DNA from: Candidatus Pacearchaeota archaeon
GTDB lineage: Archaea; Nanobdellota; Nanobdellia; Pacearchaeales; GW2011-AR1
Direction: 5' to 3'
Length of the DNA: 64,000 nucleotides
NCBI GenBank assembly: GCA_017608305.1
Contig: JAFCGC010000001.1
Span: 38,744-102,743 of the forward strand
Each line of letters opens with the position of its first letter. Positions within the stretch are counted from its first letter, which is position 1. The notes under the pieces are model-generated. The model did no database searches and was not told where the DNA came from. It worked only from the letters and a program-made list of their open reading frames with translations. Below, piece by piece: positions 10,065 through 20,926 of this stretch. Made by a program: the position numbers and the translations under genes.

Positions 10065-11603
10065 CTAAACCCTATATCTTACTCTATCATACCAAACTTT
10101 AAATCCAACAGGCATACTCCTATATGCTGGTTTAAGAATTCTTTCTCTAATCAAATCCATATAACTAACAAAAAATAAAACAATTCTTGTTCTAAAGGGG
10201 TTTCTCAAATTTCTTTTGATTCTGTGTGGTTTTAAAAGATAATTTATTAATTTATTTGGAAGAAGTCCAAATCTTTTTCCTGTGCTAACTCCTCTCATTA
10301 AATTTAAGATCAAAACAAGGTATATATTTTTTCTTTTTAACAAAATATGGGCACTCCTATCCCAATAATTAAGAGTGACTGCTGAATCTTTTGTAGTTTT
10401 TATTATTCCTTCTTCTACAGCTCTTTGATGTAGTTTTGACCCATGAAAAAAGACCAAATTATTCACAGAAAGAAAATAGGGCTTAGGAATCTTTTGTAGT
10501 AATCTAATCATATTTACAACATCTTCTGGCCTTTCATAGGGGTTACAAGTAATCACATCATACATCACAGCCAAGTTATCCTTATACTTATTAATTATTC
10601 TTGCAGCATCTAAAACTTGTTTATCTGTTTGAAATCTATGGTAAACTTCTTTATTTACTCTTTCAGAACCTTGAATACCTATAATTATGTCTGTGCAACC
10701 CGCTTCTACTAAGAGATTTATTTTTTCTTCTGAAATTGTATGGGGATCAGATAAACATTTAAATCTCAATCCGATTTGTTCTTTATATTTTTGAGAAAAT
10801 TCCTTTATTTGTTCAAGTGGTCTAAGGGAGAAAGTATCATCCCTTATATCAAAATAACTTAAACTTGGAAATTTTTTTCTTAATTTTAAAATACCATCTA
10901 TAATGTAATCTATACTATGCCATCTAACTATTTTTTTTCTTTTTCCTTTATACAATTCATTCAATAGACTATTACTGCAATAATCACATCCATGAGGACA
11001 ACCTCTTCCTGTTAAAAAGAATATTGCTCCATCAAGATCTTGTTCTGAAAATTTCCTTATTTTATGTTTATCTAGGATAAAATGGTCTTGAGTATTATAG
11101 TCTGGCAAGGGTATTTCATCTAGGTTATCTATCAAAGACCTTACGGGATTTTTTGTTATCTTATTTTCTTGTTTAATCCATAAATTTTTAATTTTATTTA
11201 CTGATTTTCCTTTCTCAAGAGCATTAACTAAATCTATTATCACTCCTTCTCCTTCTCCAACGCAAACAAGATTACAATGTTTAATGCATTCTTCAGGAGA
11301 AATTGTAGCATGTATTCCTCCCCAAACAAGAGTTTTTTCAGGAAATTTTTTTTCTAGAAATTTTATTATTTGTTTTGCTCTTGGAGCTGTAGAAACAAAA
11401 GATGAAATTCCAATTAGTTGAGAATCAGCACAAATTCTCACCAATTGATTAAGTTCTTTTTTAGTGTAAAATTTAGAATAATCCTCACTGAGAGTCATAA
11501 AGACGGTCTTTACTTGATGTTTTTTTTCTTTTAACACAGAGGAGATTGTTCTTATTCCTTGATCAGAAGGATAAGTTGCAGCAGAGATAAGAGTTATTTG
11601 CAT
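10065..11603 (-). CDS. Cobalamin-binding radical SAM protein
   Basis: GGIHAT and GEGE B12-binding domain; RGCPHGCDYC; DDTF. Confidence 0.88.
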   Translation of the reverse strand: MQITLISAATYPSDQGIRTISSVLKEKKHQVKTVFMTLSEDYSKFYTKKELNQLVRICADSQLIGISSFVSTAPRAKQIIKFLEKKFPEKTLVWGGIHATISPEECIKHCNLVCVGEGEGVIIDLVNALEKGKSVNKIKNLWIKQENKITKNPVRSLIDNLDEIPLPDYNTQDHFILDKHKIRKFSEQDLDGAIFFLTGRGCPHGCDYCSNSLLNELYKGKRKKIVRWHSIDYIIDGILKLRKKFPSLSYFDIRDDTFSLRPLEQIKEFSQKYKEQIGLRFKCLSDPHTISEEKINLLVEAGCTDIIIGIQGSERVNKEVYHRFQTDKQVLDAARIINKYKDNLAVMYDVITCNPYERPEDVVNMIRLLQKIPKPYFLSVNNLVFFHGSKLHQRAVEEGIIKTTKDSAVTLNYWDRSAHILLKRKNIYLVLILNLMRGVSTGKRFGLLPNKLINYLLKPHRIKRNLRNPFRTRIVLFFVSYMDLIRERILKPAYRSMPVGFKVWYDRVRYRV

Positions 11604-11653
11604 TTCTTAACACAAAAAATACAATTTATAAGGATTATGGAGCTCAAACAAAA

Positions 11654-12796
11654 TTATACTAATAATTGCTTGTATTCTTTCATATATCTTTTATAGATAG
11701 TATCCCAATCAAAATCCTTGGATTTTTCAAAGTTATTCTTAGAAAATTTTTTGGCGAGTTTGGGATTATCTAAAACTTCTAAAATACGTTTTTTTAAATT
11801 TTTTAAATCTCCATATTCAACTAAAAAACCATTTTTTCCATCTTCCATCTCATAAGGAATTCCATTTACAGGAGAAGCCACAATAGGCAATTCAGATGCC
11901 ATTGCTTCAAACAAGGTCAAAGGAAGGCCTTCCCTATAACTTGGAAGAGCGTAAACATCTGCAGCCTGATACATTTCAGCAATATTCTCTTTTCCACGAA
12001 TTGGTCCAAGATATTTCATATTTTTATGGCCTTTAATTAAATTCTCAACTTCATTTGCCTTGCCTTCATCAGGACCTACCCAAACAAAAGCAATGTCTTT
12101 TCTTTCTTTAGAAATTTCTATTGCTACTTGTGCAAGTTTTTCAGGTCCCTTAGTAGGATTTAATCTACCAAAAAATAAAACTAGTTTTTTTTCTTTTATT
12201 TTATTTTTCTTCTTAAAATTATTTTTCTTTACTTTCTTAAAGAGAATTTTATCTGTTCCATTTGGAATAACTTCTGTTTTATTTTTCCCACCATATTTAT
12301 TTAAGATACCTAATTCCCAAGGAGTTATTGAAACTATTTTATTGATGAACCTAAAAGAAAGTTTGTTTAAAAAAAAATCATTTATAATCAAGAAAAATTT
12401 TAATTTGGCAGGCCTAAAAGAGATATCTGTCCAAGGACAATGAGTTGTGTGCACATGTTTGAATCCTTTTAATTTGGCAAGAATTCCTACAAACAAAATA
12501 TAATCATGTCCTGAAACATGGCTATGGACAATATCAAATTTTCCTTTAAGACCCCACAATAAAGAAGGCCAAAAAAAAGTATTAAAAGACAATCTAAACC
12601 AATAAGGAAGTCTATGAACATGAACTCCTTCAATTATTTCTTCTTTTATTTTTATTCTTTTATTTTTATCTGAATCACAACAAAAAACATGTACTTCGTG
12701 ACCTTCTTTTACTTGTCTTTGTGCTAGCTCATACATAACTTGCTCTACACCCCCAAAAGTAGGAATATAAAACATATTAACATGAGCTATTCTCAT
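11654..12796 (-). CDS. GT4 family glycosyltransferase
   Basis: GGVE, GRL..KG, EGLPLTLFEAMA. Confidence 0.9.
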   Translation of the reverse strand: MRIAHVNMFYIPTFGGVEQVMYELAQRQVKEGHEVHVFCCDSDKNKRIKIKEEIIEGVHVHRLPYWFRLSFNTFFWPSLLWGLKGKFDIVHSHVSGHDYILFVGILAKLKGFKHVHTTHCPWTDISFRPAKLKFFLIINDFFLNKLSFRFINKIVSITPWELGILNKYGGKNKTEVIPNGTDKILFKKVKKNNFKKKNKIKEKKLVLFFGRLNPTKGPEKLAQVAIEISKERKDIAFVWVGPDEGKANEVENLIKGHKNMKYLGPIRGKENIAEMYQAADVYALPSYREGLPLTLFEAMASELPIVASPVNGIPYEMEDGKNGFLVEYGDLKNLKKRILEVLDNPKLAKKFSKNNFEKSKDFDWDTIYKRYMKEYKQLLV

Positions 12797-12888
12797 ATTT
12801 TTTCAGAGAAAAAATTATTTATAAATATATATGTACTCAATAAAAACTGATACATAAGAATTAAAAAGGTTTTTTTCTTTTATTCGAA

Positions 12889-13548
12889 ATGACTGTGTAT
12901 AAAGACTTAAAAAAATTTCAAAAAAGTGTGGAGGAAGATGATTATGTGGTTTACTATTTTTACAGAAAACTTTCTAGGCCAATTAGTGCTTTAATGATTA
13001 AACTGGGGCTCAATACTTTTGTTGCATCATGGTTTACCTTTTTTTCAGATCTTTTTGCAATGTATCTTATCTATAAAGGAAGTTTTGTGATTGCTGGATT
13101 ATTTGTGATTTTAGCTTATGTTTTTGATTGTTGTGATGGGGAAATAGCAAGATATGACAAAGCAAGAAAGAAAATGAATCCAAACAGGATGTATGGGGCC
13201 TATCTTGATGAAATTTTGGGTGTTTTAGGTTTTTTTGGAGTAATTATATTCTTCAGCTATAAAATAGATCTTCTTTTGTTTGGAATTTTAGGAGGTTTAG
13301 GTTTATTAATGATAAATTTTAGCTGTTATGTTGCAAAGGATATTTTTCCAGAGAAACAAAAATTAGCTAAAAATCTTGAAAAAAAAGTTTTTGGAAATTT
13401 AAAAGGAAGAATTGGGTTTAGTGGGGGGGTTCAAAGAATATTAATTGCCTTAGCGATTATCTTTCATAGTGCTTTTTTACTATTTGTATTTGTGGCTTTG
13501 ATGAATGCTTTTTGGATTTTGAAATTTTGGATATATAGAAAACAATAA
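12889..13548 (+). CDS. CDP-alcohol phosphatidyltransferase family protein
   Basis: DCCDGEIAR...GAYLD motif; hydrophobic. Confidence 0.85.
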   Translation: MTVYKDLKKFQKSVEEDDYVVYYFYRKLSRPISALMIKLGLNTFVASWFTFFSDLFAMYLIYKGSFVIAGLFVILAYVFDCCDGEIARYDKARKKMNPNRMYGAYLDEILGVLGFFGVIIFFSYKIDLLLFGILGGLGLLMINFSCYVAKDIFPEKQKLAKNLEKKVFGNLKGRIGFSGGVQRILIALAIIFHSAFLLFVFVALMNAFWILKFWIYRKQ

Positions 13549-13554
13549 ACAAAA

Positions 13555-14244
13555 TTATTTTATGAGTGATTCTGCTTTTTTTAGATCATTTATGTCATCA
13601 ATCTCCATACATAATTCTTTATCATAAAACAAGGGTTTTAATCTAATTTTATCTGCATAAGGTTCAATTGCTTCTTCAGCATAACAATTAATTTTTCCTT
13701 GATCAACAAATTCCTTGATAGATTTAAGCCAAGTTAAAAAAGATTTTTTTGAAAATTTATACAAGGGCATGACTAAATTACCCTTAAAATCCACACCTAT
13801 TTTTTTAATTAAACCTTTTTCTATTTTTGCCTTAAAATCTTTTCCAGTAGAATATGGATTTATATGTGTTAATGCCGAATTTTTTTCTCTATGCTGTATT
13901 AATTTTTTTAATAACTTCTCTTCACAAACCAAATCTCCATGAATAAAGAGTATATCGTCATCAATCAAATTTTCTAGGTTTAATAAAGAACATATGTAAC
14001 TTCCTTTTTGTTCCGGAGGATCTTGAATAATCTTTGAATCTAAAGAAGGATACTCTCTGTATAAGAACTCTTGAATTAATTCAGATTTATATCCTGTTAA
14101 AAAAATTATTTCTTTTATTTCTAACTTCATTAAAGAATCAAGCATATAATTAGCTAAAGGTTTTTCTTTTATAGGAACAAGGAATTTTGGAACTGTTAAA
14201 TTCATTCTAGTTCCTAATCCTCCTGCAAGGATAATAGCTTTCAT
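13555..14244 (-). CDS. NTP transferase (LicC/PntC-like cytidylyltransferase)
   Basis: [14 protein letters not shown] and EIDD..DL; last gene of the phosphonate operon. Confidence 0.75.
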   Translation of the reverse strand: MKAIILAGGLGTRMNLTVPKFLVPIKEKPLANYMLDSLMKLEIKEIIFLTGYKSELIQEFLYREYPSLDSKIIQDPPEQKGSYICSLLNLENLIDDDILFIHGDLVCEEKLLKKLIQHREKNSALTHINPYSTGKDFKAKIEKGLIKKIGVDFKGNLVMPLYKFSKKSFLTWLKSIKEFVDQGKINCYAEEAIEPYADKIRLKPLFYDKELCMEIDDINDLKKAESLIK

Positions 14245-14245
14245 T

Positions 14246-15349
14246 TTAGTATAAATTATTTAAAATTTTTCTTAAAGAATCTTTTGTTAATAATCTAGGA
14301 TTGTTTTTAACTCTTTCTGGAGAAAATCCTTTTTCAACAAGAATCTCAAGATCTTTTACATGTACTCCTAAATTTGATAAGTTTGTTTCAAGCCCAATAT
14401 TACTCATTAAGTTTTTTATTTTTTCTCGAGCTTGGCTTACATTTTTTACTCCTAAAAGATTTACTAGATTGTTTATTATATTTTGAACATATTTTTCTCC
14501 TCTTTTATCTAAACAATCTTCTGGTGTTACTCCAAAATTATATTCTAACATCTGCCCTAGAGTTAATCCTACAGCATGGCCATGAGGTATATTGAAGTAA
14601 GAGGTGATTGGATAAGAAATTGAGTGACAAGCAGTTGTTTTTGAAATATTTATTGCTTTACCAGCTAAATTAGCTGCTTTCATAACATTCTCTTTAGATT
14701 CATTTGTAGGATTATTTACTGCTTGTTCTAGATTATTTAAAAGTAATTTTATTGATTTCTGTGCAAATTGTTTTGATTTTTCTATTGAATTAATAGACCA
14801 ATAAGACTCTATTGCTTGGCCTAAAGCATCTATTCCTGTTGAAGCAGCTATTTTTTTTGGAAGAGAAAAAGTTAATTCTGGATCACAAATTGAATAATTT
14901 GGGAGAGTTATATCTAAATTTCCTTTAGATTGTTTTTCTTTTCCAGTATAATAAACAATAAAAGAAGTTGCTTCACTTCCACTTCCTGCAGTTGTAGGTA
15001 TTGCTATTAAAGGTTTTTTATGACTAATTTTTTTATAAATTTTAATTGCCTTAGCAACATCTATTGCACTTCCTCCTCCTACAGCAATAATTGAATCATA
15101 TTTTCCTTTATTAAAAATTTTTGTGGCTTTTTTTATTTCACTTAATTGGGGATTTGGAGAGAAATTAGAAAATCTTTCATAATCTATGTTATTTTTATCC
15201 AAAATATTCTCTATTTTTTTTCTTGCCCCTGACAAGATAAATGAATTTTTTCCAGTGACTAAAAAAACTTTTTTTAGATTTTCTTTTTTTAAAATTGTTT
15301 CTAATTTATTTAAACTTCCAAGTCCAAAATATTCTTCTTGAGAGATCAT
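14246..15349 (-). CDS. Fe-dependent alcohol dehydrogenase, probable phosphonoacetaldehyde reductase
   Basis: GGGSAIDVAK, PTTAGSGSE, CHSISY, PHGHA; directly downstream of ppd. Confidence 0.85.
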   Translation of the reverse strand: MISQEEYFGLGSLNKLETILKKENLKKVFLVTGKNSFILSGARKKIENILDKNNIDYERFSNFSPNPQLSEIKKATKIFNKGKYDSIIAVGGGSAIDVAKAIKIYKKISHKKPLIAIPTTAGSGSEATSFIVYYTGKEKQSKGNLDITLPNYSICDPELTFSLPKKIAASTGIDALGQAIESYWSINSIEKSKQFAQKSIKLLLNNLEQAVNNPTNESKENVMKAANLAGKAINISKTTACHSISYPITSYFNIPHGHAVGLTLGQMLEYNFGVTPEDCLDKRGEKYVQNIINNLVNLLGVKNVSQAREKIKNLMSNIGLETNLSNLGVHVKDLEILVEKGFSPERVKNNPRLLTKDSLRKILNNLY

Positions 15350-16476
15350 TTATTCAAAAATTCCATAAAAAATCTTTTATTTTCTAAAGGAGTATTTGTA
15401 GGCCTTCCTAACTCTTGTCTTGAACCTTTTTTTACTTTAACCACAACCATTTTAGGTCCTTTTTCATTCTTTAAGATACTCATTGTTTGAATTAACTCTT
15501 GGCTTGTTTCAACTTGGGATGCAAATCTATAACCACATCCCAATGCAATTTTTGAAAAATCAATATTATCTGAAATAGTTGGTTGGCCTCCTGTTGAATC
15601 ATAAGAACCATTATCAAAAATTAAATGTGTTAAATTTTCTGCTTTACTTGATCCAATATTTGCTAAAGCCCCCATTTGCATTAATGCTGCTCCATCTCCA
15701 TCAAAAACATAAATAGGTTTAGAAGGTTTTTGTAATGCTATTTCATTAGCAATAGAGGCTGAGCACCCCATACTTCCTACTGTTAAAAAATCTTTTTCAT
15801 GGCTTTGTTTTTTTTCTTTTCTATATTCAAATAATTCTCTAGATGTTTTTCCTGTTGTTGAAACAATTATTGCTTGTTTTTCTAATCCTCCCAAAATGGT
15901 ATGAATGGCTTGTTCTCCAGTCATTTCATACTTTCTTTTAGAAATATTTTGGGTTTCATATTTTTCAAAAATGCCTTTTTTAATTATAATTGCTGAAGCA
16001 TATTGGGTTTTTTCTGCTTTTGTTTTTGCCCATTCTATGGTCTGTTGCGCTTGCTCAATATTATCTGGTAAAATCTGAAAAGGAATCTCTAAAGTTTCTA
16101 ACTGAGATAACATAACTCTCCCCATCATTTTGTGTTGGGGCTCGTCTTTTAACTCGGGCTCTCCTCTCCATCCAACCATCAAAACTACAGGCATCGAATA
16201 TACTTCTTTAGCCATTAAAGAGGTTAAAGGATTTACTGTTTTTCCTAAACCAGAATTTTGCATATAAATTACTCCAATATTTCCGGTTGAAAGATGATAT
16301 CCTGCAGCAAGAGCAGTAGCTTCACATTCATTTACAGCAATTCTATTTGTCAATTTTGTCCCATTATTGTCTGCTAAAAATTTCATCCAATCCTTAAAAG
16401 TTGAGTCTGGAACTCCTGAAAAAAAAGTTAAATCATTTTTACTGAATATTTCTGCAATTTTTTCACATTTTATCAT
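15346..16476 (-). CDS. aepY: Phosphonopyruvate decarboxylase
   Basis: [42 protein letters not shown] motif. Confidence 0.92.
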   Translation of the reverse strand: MIKCEKIAEIFSKNDLTFFSGVPDSTFKDWMKFLADNNGTKLTNRIAVNECEATALAAGYHLSTGNIGVIYMQNSGLGKTVNPLTSLMAKEVYSMPVVLMVGWRGEPELKDEPQHKMMGRVMLSQLETLEIPFQILPDNIEQAQQTIEWAKTKAEKTQYASAIIIKKGIFEKYETQNISKRKYEMTGEQAIHTILGGLEKQAIIVSTTGKTSRELFEYRKEKKQSHEKDFLTVGSMGCSASIANEIALQKPSKPIYVFDGDGAALMQMGALANIGSSKAENLTHLIFDNGSYDSTGGQPTISDNIDFSKIALGCGYRFASQVETSQELIQTMSILKNEKGPKMVVVKVKKGSRQELGRPTNTPLENKRFFMEFLNK

Positions 16477-17795
16477 TTTCTTTCTGGAATTAAATCTAAT
16501 ATTTCTTTAATCGGTAAACAAAATTCATCTGCCTCTAGACTTCTTTCATTTTCAAGAATTGATTTTGCTGTTTTTACCATAGCAGGATAAGCACTCCTAA
16601 TTAAATGATTAGCATAGATTATTATGTTTGCTCCAATTTCTTCAAGTTGTTTTTCAGTAAGATGATTATAAGTTGTAGGAACAACTACAAGAGGTACTTT
16701 GTGTGGAAAATTGGAATATTCTTTGCAAAATTCAATTAATTCCCTTGCATCTTTCTCCTTACTATGGATCATTATTGCATCTGCTCCTGCCTCTATATAT
16801 GCTCTTGCTCTTAATAGGGCTTCATAAATCCCTTTTTTTAAAATAAGGCTTTCAATTCTAGCAATAATCATAAAATCATCTGTTACTTGTGATTTTTTGC
16901 CTCTAGAAATTTTTTCTGAAAAATTTGATATTTCATCTTGGATTTGAACCACATCTGTTCCAAGTAGAGAATTTCTTTTCAACCCTACTTTATCTTCTAT
17001 AATAACTGCAGAAACACCTAATCTTTCAAGACTTCTCACCATAAAAGCAAAATGTTCAATTTCTCCCCCATTATCTGCATCTAAAATAAGAGGTTTAGTT
17101 GTTGATTCTAATATTTGAGAAACAGTTTCTAGTCTTGAAGTTAAATCTATGACTCCAATGTCTGGTTTTCCTTTTGCTGTTGAATCTGTTAAACTACTAA
17201 TCCAAATGCCATCAAACTCTTTTACCCCCCCTTCTTTTACTACAGATGTTTTTTCAACAATTAATCCTGTAATTCCATTATGGGCTTCTAAAAATCTTAC
17301 AACTGGTTTGGCCTCTAATAATCTTTTTAAAGTTCTTTTTCTAATTTCAGGAGTTGTTCCTATTTCACGTAAAGCTTTATTTAATTGGTCTGAGGAAACA
17401 TCTTGGATGCGAGGGACTTCAATTAATTGACCTCCCCATTCTTCAAGAACTTTTATTACTTTTTCTCTTGTTGAACTTTGAATTCCGGTTTTCCAATCAT
17501 CACCATGAACAACATAATGAGGCCTTAATTGCCTTAAATTATCAGTATAATCTAATGTATTTTGAGGAATAACTTCTTTCACTCCTTTTATATTTTCAGC
17601 AATAATTTTTCTTTGGTCATAAGTCAAAAAAGGTAGGCGTTTATAACTTGCAATTGCTTTATCCGTTAATAATCCGATAATGATTTCTCCTAATTCTCTT
17701 GCCTTTTCTATTGTTTCTAAGTGTCCGTGATGCAACAAATCAGCACTAATGGCAACATAGACTTTTTTTATTATACTAAAATCTTGATTTTCCAT
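16473..17795 (-). CDS. pepM: Phosphoenolpyruvate mutase with N-terminal cytidylyltransferase domain
   Basis: Diagnostic EDKxxxxxNS ([10 protein letters not shown]); N-terminal HHGH and VHGDDW. Confidence 0.95.
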   Translation of the reverse strand: MENQDFSIIKKVYVAISADLLHHGHLETIEKARELGEIIIGLLTDKAIASYKRLPFLTYDQRKIIAENIKGVKEVIPQNTLDYTDNLRQLRPHYVVHGDDWKTGIQSSTREKVIKVLEEWGGQLIEVPRIQDVSSDQLNKALREIGTTPEIRKRTLKRLLEAKPVVRFLEAHNGITGLIVEKTSVVKEGGVKEFDGIWISSLTDSTAKGKPDIGVIDLTSRLETVSQILESTTKPLILDADNGGEIEHFAFMVRSLERLGVSAVIIEDKVGLKRNSLLGTDVVQIQDEISNFSEKISRGKKSQVTDDFMIIARIESLILKKGIYEALLRARAYIEAGADAIMIHSKEKDARELIEFCKEYSNFPHKVPLVVVPTTYNHLTEKQLEEIGANIIIYANHLIRSAYPAMVKTAKSILENERSLEADEFCLPIKEILDLIPERK

Positions 17796-18063
17796 CTTCT
17801 ATTTTTCTTCTTTCAATAAGAGAATAATTAATTGAAGTTTTAATTATTTAGGTGGTATTTTATCCTATCTTTTTATTATTTTTTTGCATAAAAGATATTT
17901 TAAATATGTTTAGTAGGATAAATATAAATTATTTGTATCTTAAAAAAATAAAAAGAATCTTTATTAGACCTTAATAATCTTTAAAAGTAAAAACCACAAT
18001 ATTAAATGAAAATATCTCTTAGAAAAAATAAATACTTATAAGAGATGTTGAGTTTTAAAAAAA

Positions 18064-19929
18064 ATGAGAGTTTTAGTTACAGGTGGGTGTGGTTTTATAG
18101 GGAGTAATTTTATTGGATTTTTGTTGGAAAATTTTGAAGAATTTAAAATAGAAGAAATTGTTAATCTAGATAAACAAACATATGCAGGAAGAGGGAAAAA
18201 TTTAGAACATATGAGCCTTACAATTCATCCAAGGTATGAATTTGTCAAAGGAGATATTTGTGATAAAAAGCTTGTTGATGAACTTTTTTCCAAACATAAA
18301 TTTGATTTAGTTTTTAATTTTGCAGCAGAAAGTCATGTGGATAGGAGCATAGAGGATCCAAATGCTTTCACCCAGACAAATATTTTTGGTACTCAAAATT
18401 TATTAGATGCTTGTCTAAAACATGGAATTTCAAAATTTATTCAAATTTCAACTGATGAAGTATATGGTAGTCTTTCTTCAGATTCTCCAAGTTCAAGAGA
18501 GTCAGATAGATTAAATCCAAGAAGCCCCTATTCTGCATCAAAAGCAAGTGCAGAAATGTTGTGTTTATCTTATTTTGAGACCCACAAGATTCCAATTTAC
18601 ATCACTAGAAGTTCAAATAACTATGGGCCTTATCAATTTACAGAAAAACTCCTTCCTTTATTTATTACAAATCTGATTCAAGGGAAAAAAGTTCCGTTGA
18701 TGTGGAGTGATGAAAATCCAGGGTTAAATGTTAGAGATTGGTTACATGTTAAAGATAATTGCAGAGGAATCTGGTTTGTTTCACAAAAAGGGCAACCAGG
18801 ACAAATATATAATATTGGAGGTAAAAATGAAAGAACAAACATAGAAATAACAGAATTTTTACTTAGATACTTTAGATATGATTCCACAATGATTGAAAAA
18901 ATTACTCATAGAAAAGGCCATGATTTTAGATATTCTATAAATACAGAAAAAATACAAAATCTTGGGTTTGAATTAAAATATTCTAATTTAGAGGAAGAAC
19001 TCTCAAAATTATGTGAATGGTATAAACAAAATGAAAATTGGTGGAAATCATTAAGCCAAACAAAAGGAATTATCTTAGCAGGAGGATTAGGAACACGGCT
19101 TTATCCTGCGACTAAAGTGGTTTGCAAACAATTATTACCAATATATGATAAACCCCTAATTTATTATCCTTTATCAACTTTAATGTTGGTGGGAATACGT
19201 GAAGTATTGATTATTAGTTGTCCAGAAGATGTGGAAAAATTCAAAAATTTATTGGGAGACGGTTCTAACCTAGGAATGAGAATTTCATATAAAGAGCAAC
19301 TTGAACCAAAAGGAATTGCTGAAGCGTTTATAATCGGAGAAAATTTCATTGGAAAAGATAATGTTTGTTTAATTTTAGGAGATAATATTTTTTATGGGCA
19401 AGGATTAACACCTCTATTACTAGAAGCAGCACAAATAAAAGAAGGAGCAATCTCATTTGCTTATCATGTTAGTGATCCTGAAAGATTTGGAGTTGTTGAG
19501 TTTGATAAAAATTATAATGTTTTATCAATTGAAGAAAAACCCCAAAATCCTAAATCAAACTATGCAGTAACTGGATTGTATTTTTATGATAATGATGTAA
19601 TTAATATTTCTAAAAATTTGGTTCCTTCTGGAAGAGGTGAACTTGAAATAAGTGATGTTAATAAAGAATATCTAAGAAGGGGAAAATTAAAGGTAAAGGT
19701 TATGGGAAGGGGTCTTGTTTGGATGGACGCTGGAACACAAGATTCTATGGCAGATATAACCTCTTATGTTAAATCTGTTCAAGATCGGCAAGCTCTAAAA
19801 ATAGCCTGCATTGAGGAAATTGCATATAGGAACAAATTCATAAATCTAGACCAACTACTTAAAAATGCTGAAGCTCTAAAAGCCTCTGATTATGGAAAAT
19901 ATCTTTTTAGAGTTGCTGAAGAAACATAG
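18064..19929 (+). CDS. rmlB-rmlA: Fused dTDP-glucose 4,6-dehydratase (RmlB) and glucose-1-phosphate thymidylyltransferase (RmlA)
   Basis: [28 protein letters not shown], then in frame [33 protein letters not shown]. Confidence 0.92.
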   Translation: MRVLVTGGCGFIGSNFIGFLLENFEEFKIEEIVNLDKQTYAGRGKNLEHMSLTIHPRYEFVKGDICDKKLVDELFSKHKFDLVFNFAAESHVDRSIEDPNAFTQTNIFGTQNLLDACLKHGISKFIQISTDEVYGSLSSDSPSSRESDRLNPRSPYSASKASAEMLCLSYFETHKIPIYITRSSNNYGPYQFTEKLLPLFITNLIQGKKVPLMWSDENPGLNVRDWLHVKDNCRGIWFVSQKGQPGQIYNIGGKNERTNIEITEFLLRYFRYDSTMIEKITHRKGHDFRYSINTEKIQNLGFELKYSNLEEELSKLCEWYKQNENWWKSLSQTKGIILAGGLGTRLYPATKVVCKQLLPIYDKPLIYYPLSTLMLVGIREVLIISCPEDVEKFKNLLGDGSNLGMRISYKEQLEPKGIAEAFIIGENFIGKDNVCLILGDNIFYGQGLTPLLLEAAQIKEGAISFAYHVSDPERFGVVEFDKNYNVLSIEEKPQNPKSNYAVTGLYFYDNDVINISKNLVPSGRGELEISDVNKEYLRRGKLKVKVMGRGLVWMDAGTQDSMADITSYVKSVQDRQALKIACIEEIAYRNKFINLDQLLKNAEALKASDYGKYLFRVAEET

Positions 19930-19963
19930 AAATTTTTAAAAAGATTTAGATCTGAGAAAGGAA

Positions 19964-20854
19964 ATGGTTTGGGATGAAGTTAAAGGAGTAAGAAATAGAA
20001 ATTCAGAGCTAATTGGCCTACGTCATCCTCTAAAAAAATTTATTAATTCTATTTTGGGAATAAAAATTCCTGCATATCTTAATTATGCTAATGCTAAAAA
20101 AACCCTTAAAAAAGAATCAAAAAAAACAATTGCAAAAAAACAATTGCAAAAATGTGGTAAAATTGCATTGATATTTATGGGCACTCAAAAATACGTAAAG
20201 TTCTTTCCAAGGTATTATGCTAGTATTAAAAAAAATTTCTTACCTGATGTAAAAAAAGATTTCTATATTTTAACAGACCAAATAGATTATCTCCCAATTC
20301 AGAAGAAAAAAGATGTATTTATAAGAAAAATTAAACATGAGAATACTTCTTTTTCAACTTTATTTAGATTTAAGTATGTAAACAACCTTACAAAAGAATT
20401 AAAAAAATATTCCCATATAATTTATATTGATGTAGATATTTATGCTAAAAATCTTGTTTTAAAAGAAGAATTCTTTTGTCACAATAAATCTTTATTTGGT
20501 GTTCAACATCCAAATTTTGTAAATAAAAGAGGCCAATTTGAATTTGATCCTAGGTCAAAAGCATCAGTCAATGAAAAAAATGATTTATCCACATATTGGC
20601 AATGTAGTTTTTGGGGAGGAAAAAGTAAAGAGATTCTAAAAATGTGTAAGGAATTAAATAAAAGAATTAATTTAGATTTAAAAAATAAAATAATTGCTAT
20701 TTGGCTTGATGAATCTCATTTAAATAAATATTTTGTTGAAAACAAAAAAAAGGTTCATACTTATTCTCCTTCTTATACTTATCCTGGATTATGGCCTCGT
20801 CTTAGAGGGTATAAAAGAAGATTAATTCATGATAAAGGAAATGTTTTAAAATAA
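19964..20854 (+). CDS. GT6 family (ABO-like) glycosyltransferase
   Basis: FYILTD, YIDVD, HP, FWGG and WLDESHLNKYF motifs. Confidence 0.8.
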   Translation: MVWDEVKGVRNRNSELIGLRHPLKKFINSILGIKIPAYLNYANAKKTLKKESKKTIAKKQLQKCGKIALIFMGTQKYVKFFPRYYASIKKNFLPDVKKDFYILTDQIDYLPIQKKKDVFIRKIKHENTSFSTLFRFKYVNNLTKELKKYSHIIYIDVDIYAKNLVLKEEFFCHNKSLFGVQHPNFVNKRGQFEFDPRSKASVNEKNDLSTYWQCSFWGGKSKEILKMCKELNKRINLDLKNKIIAIWLDESHLNKYFVENKKKVHTYSPSYTYPGLWPRLRGYKRRLIHDKGNVLK

Positions 20855-20926
20855 CCTCTAAATAAATTTAAGAAGATAATATTAAACCTCAATAAAACTT
20901 ATAAAGAATTTATCAAAAATAATTCA

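Noticed and set aside
17796..18063. Very AT-rich 270-bp intergenic region as a possible origin
   Set aside because: Explained by divergent promoters of pepM and rmlB-rmlA; no ORB boxes or repeats seen.
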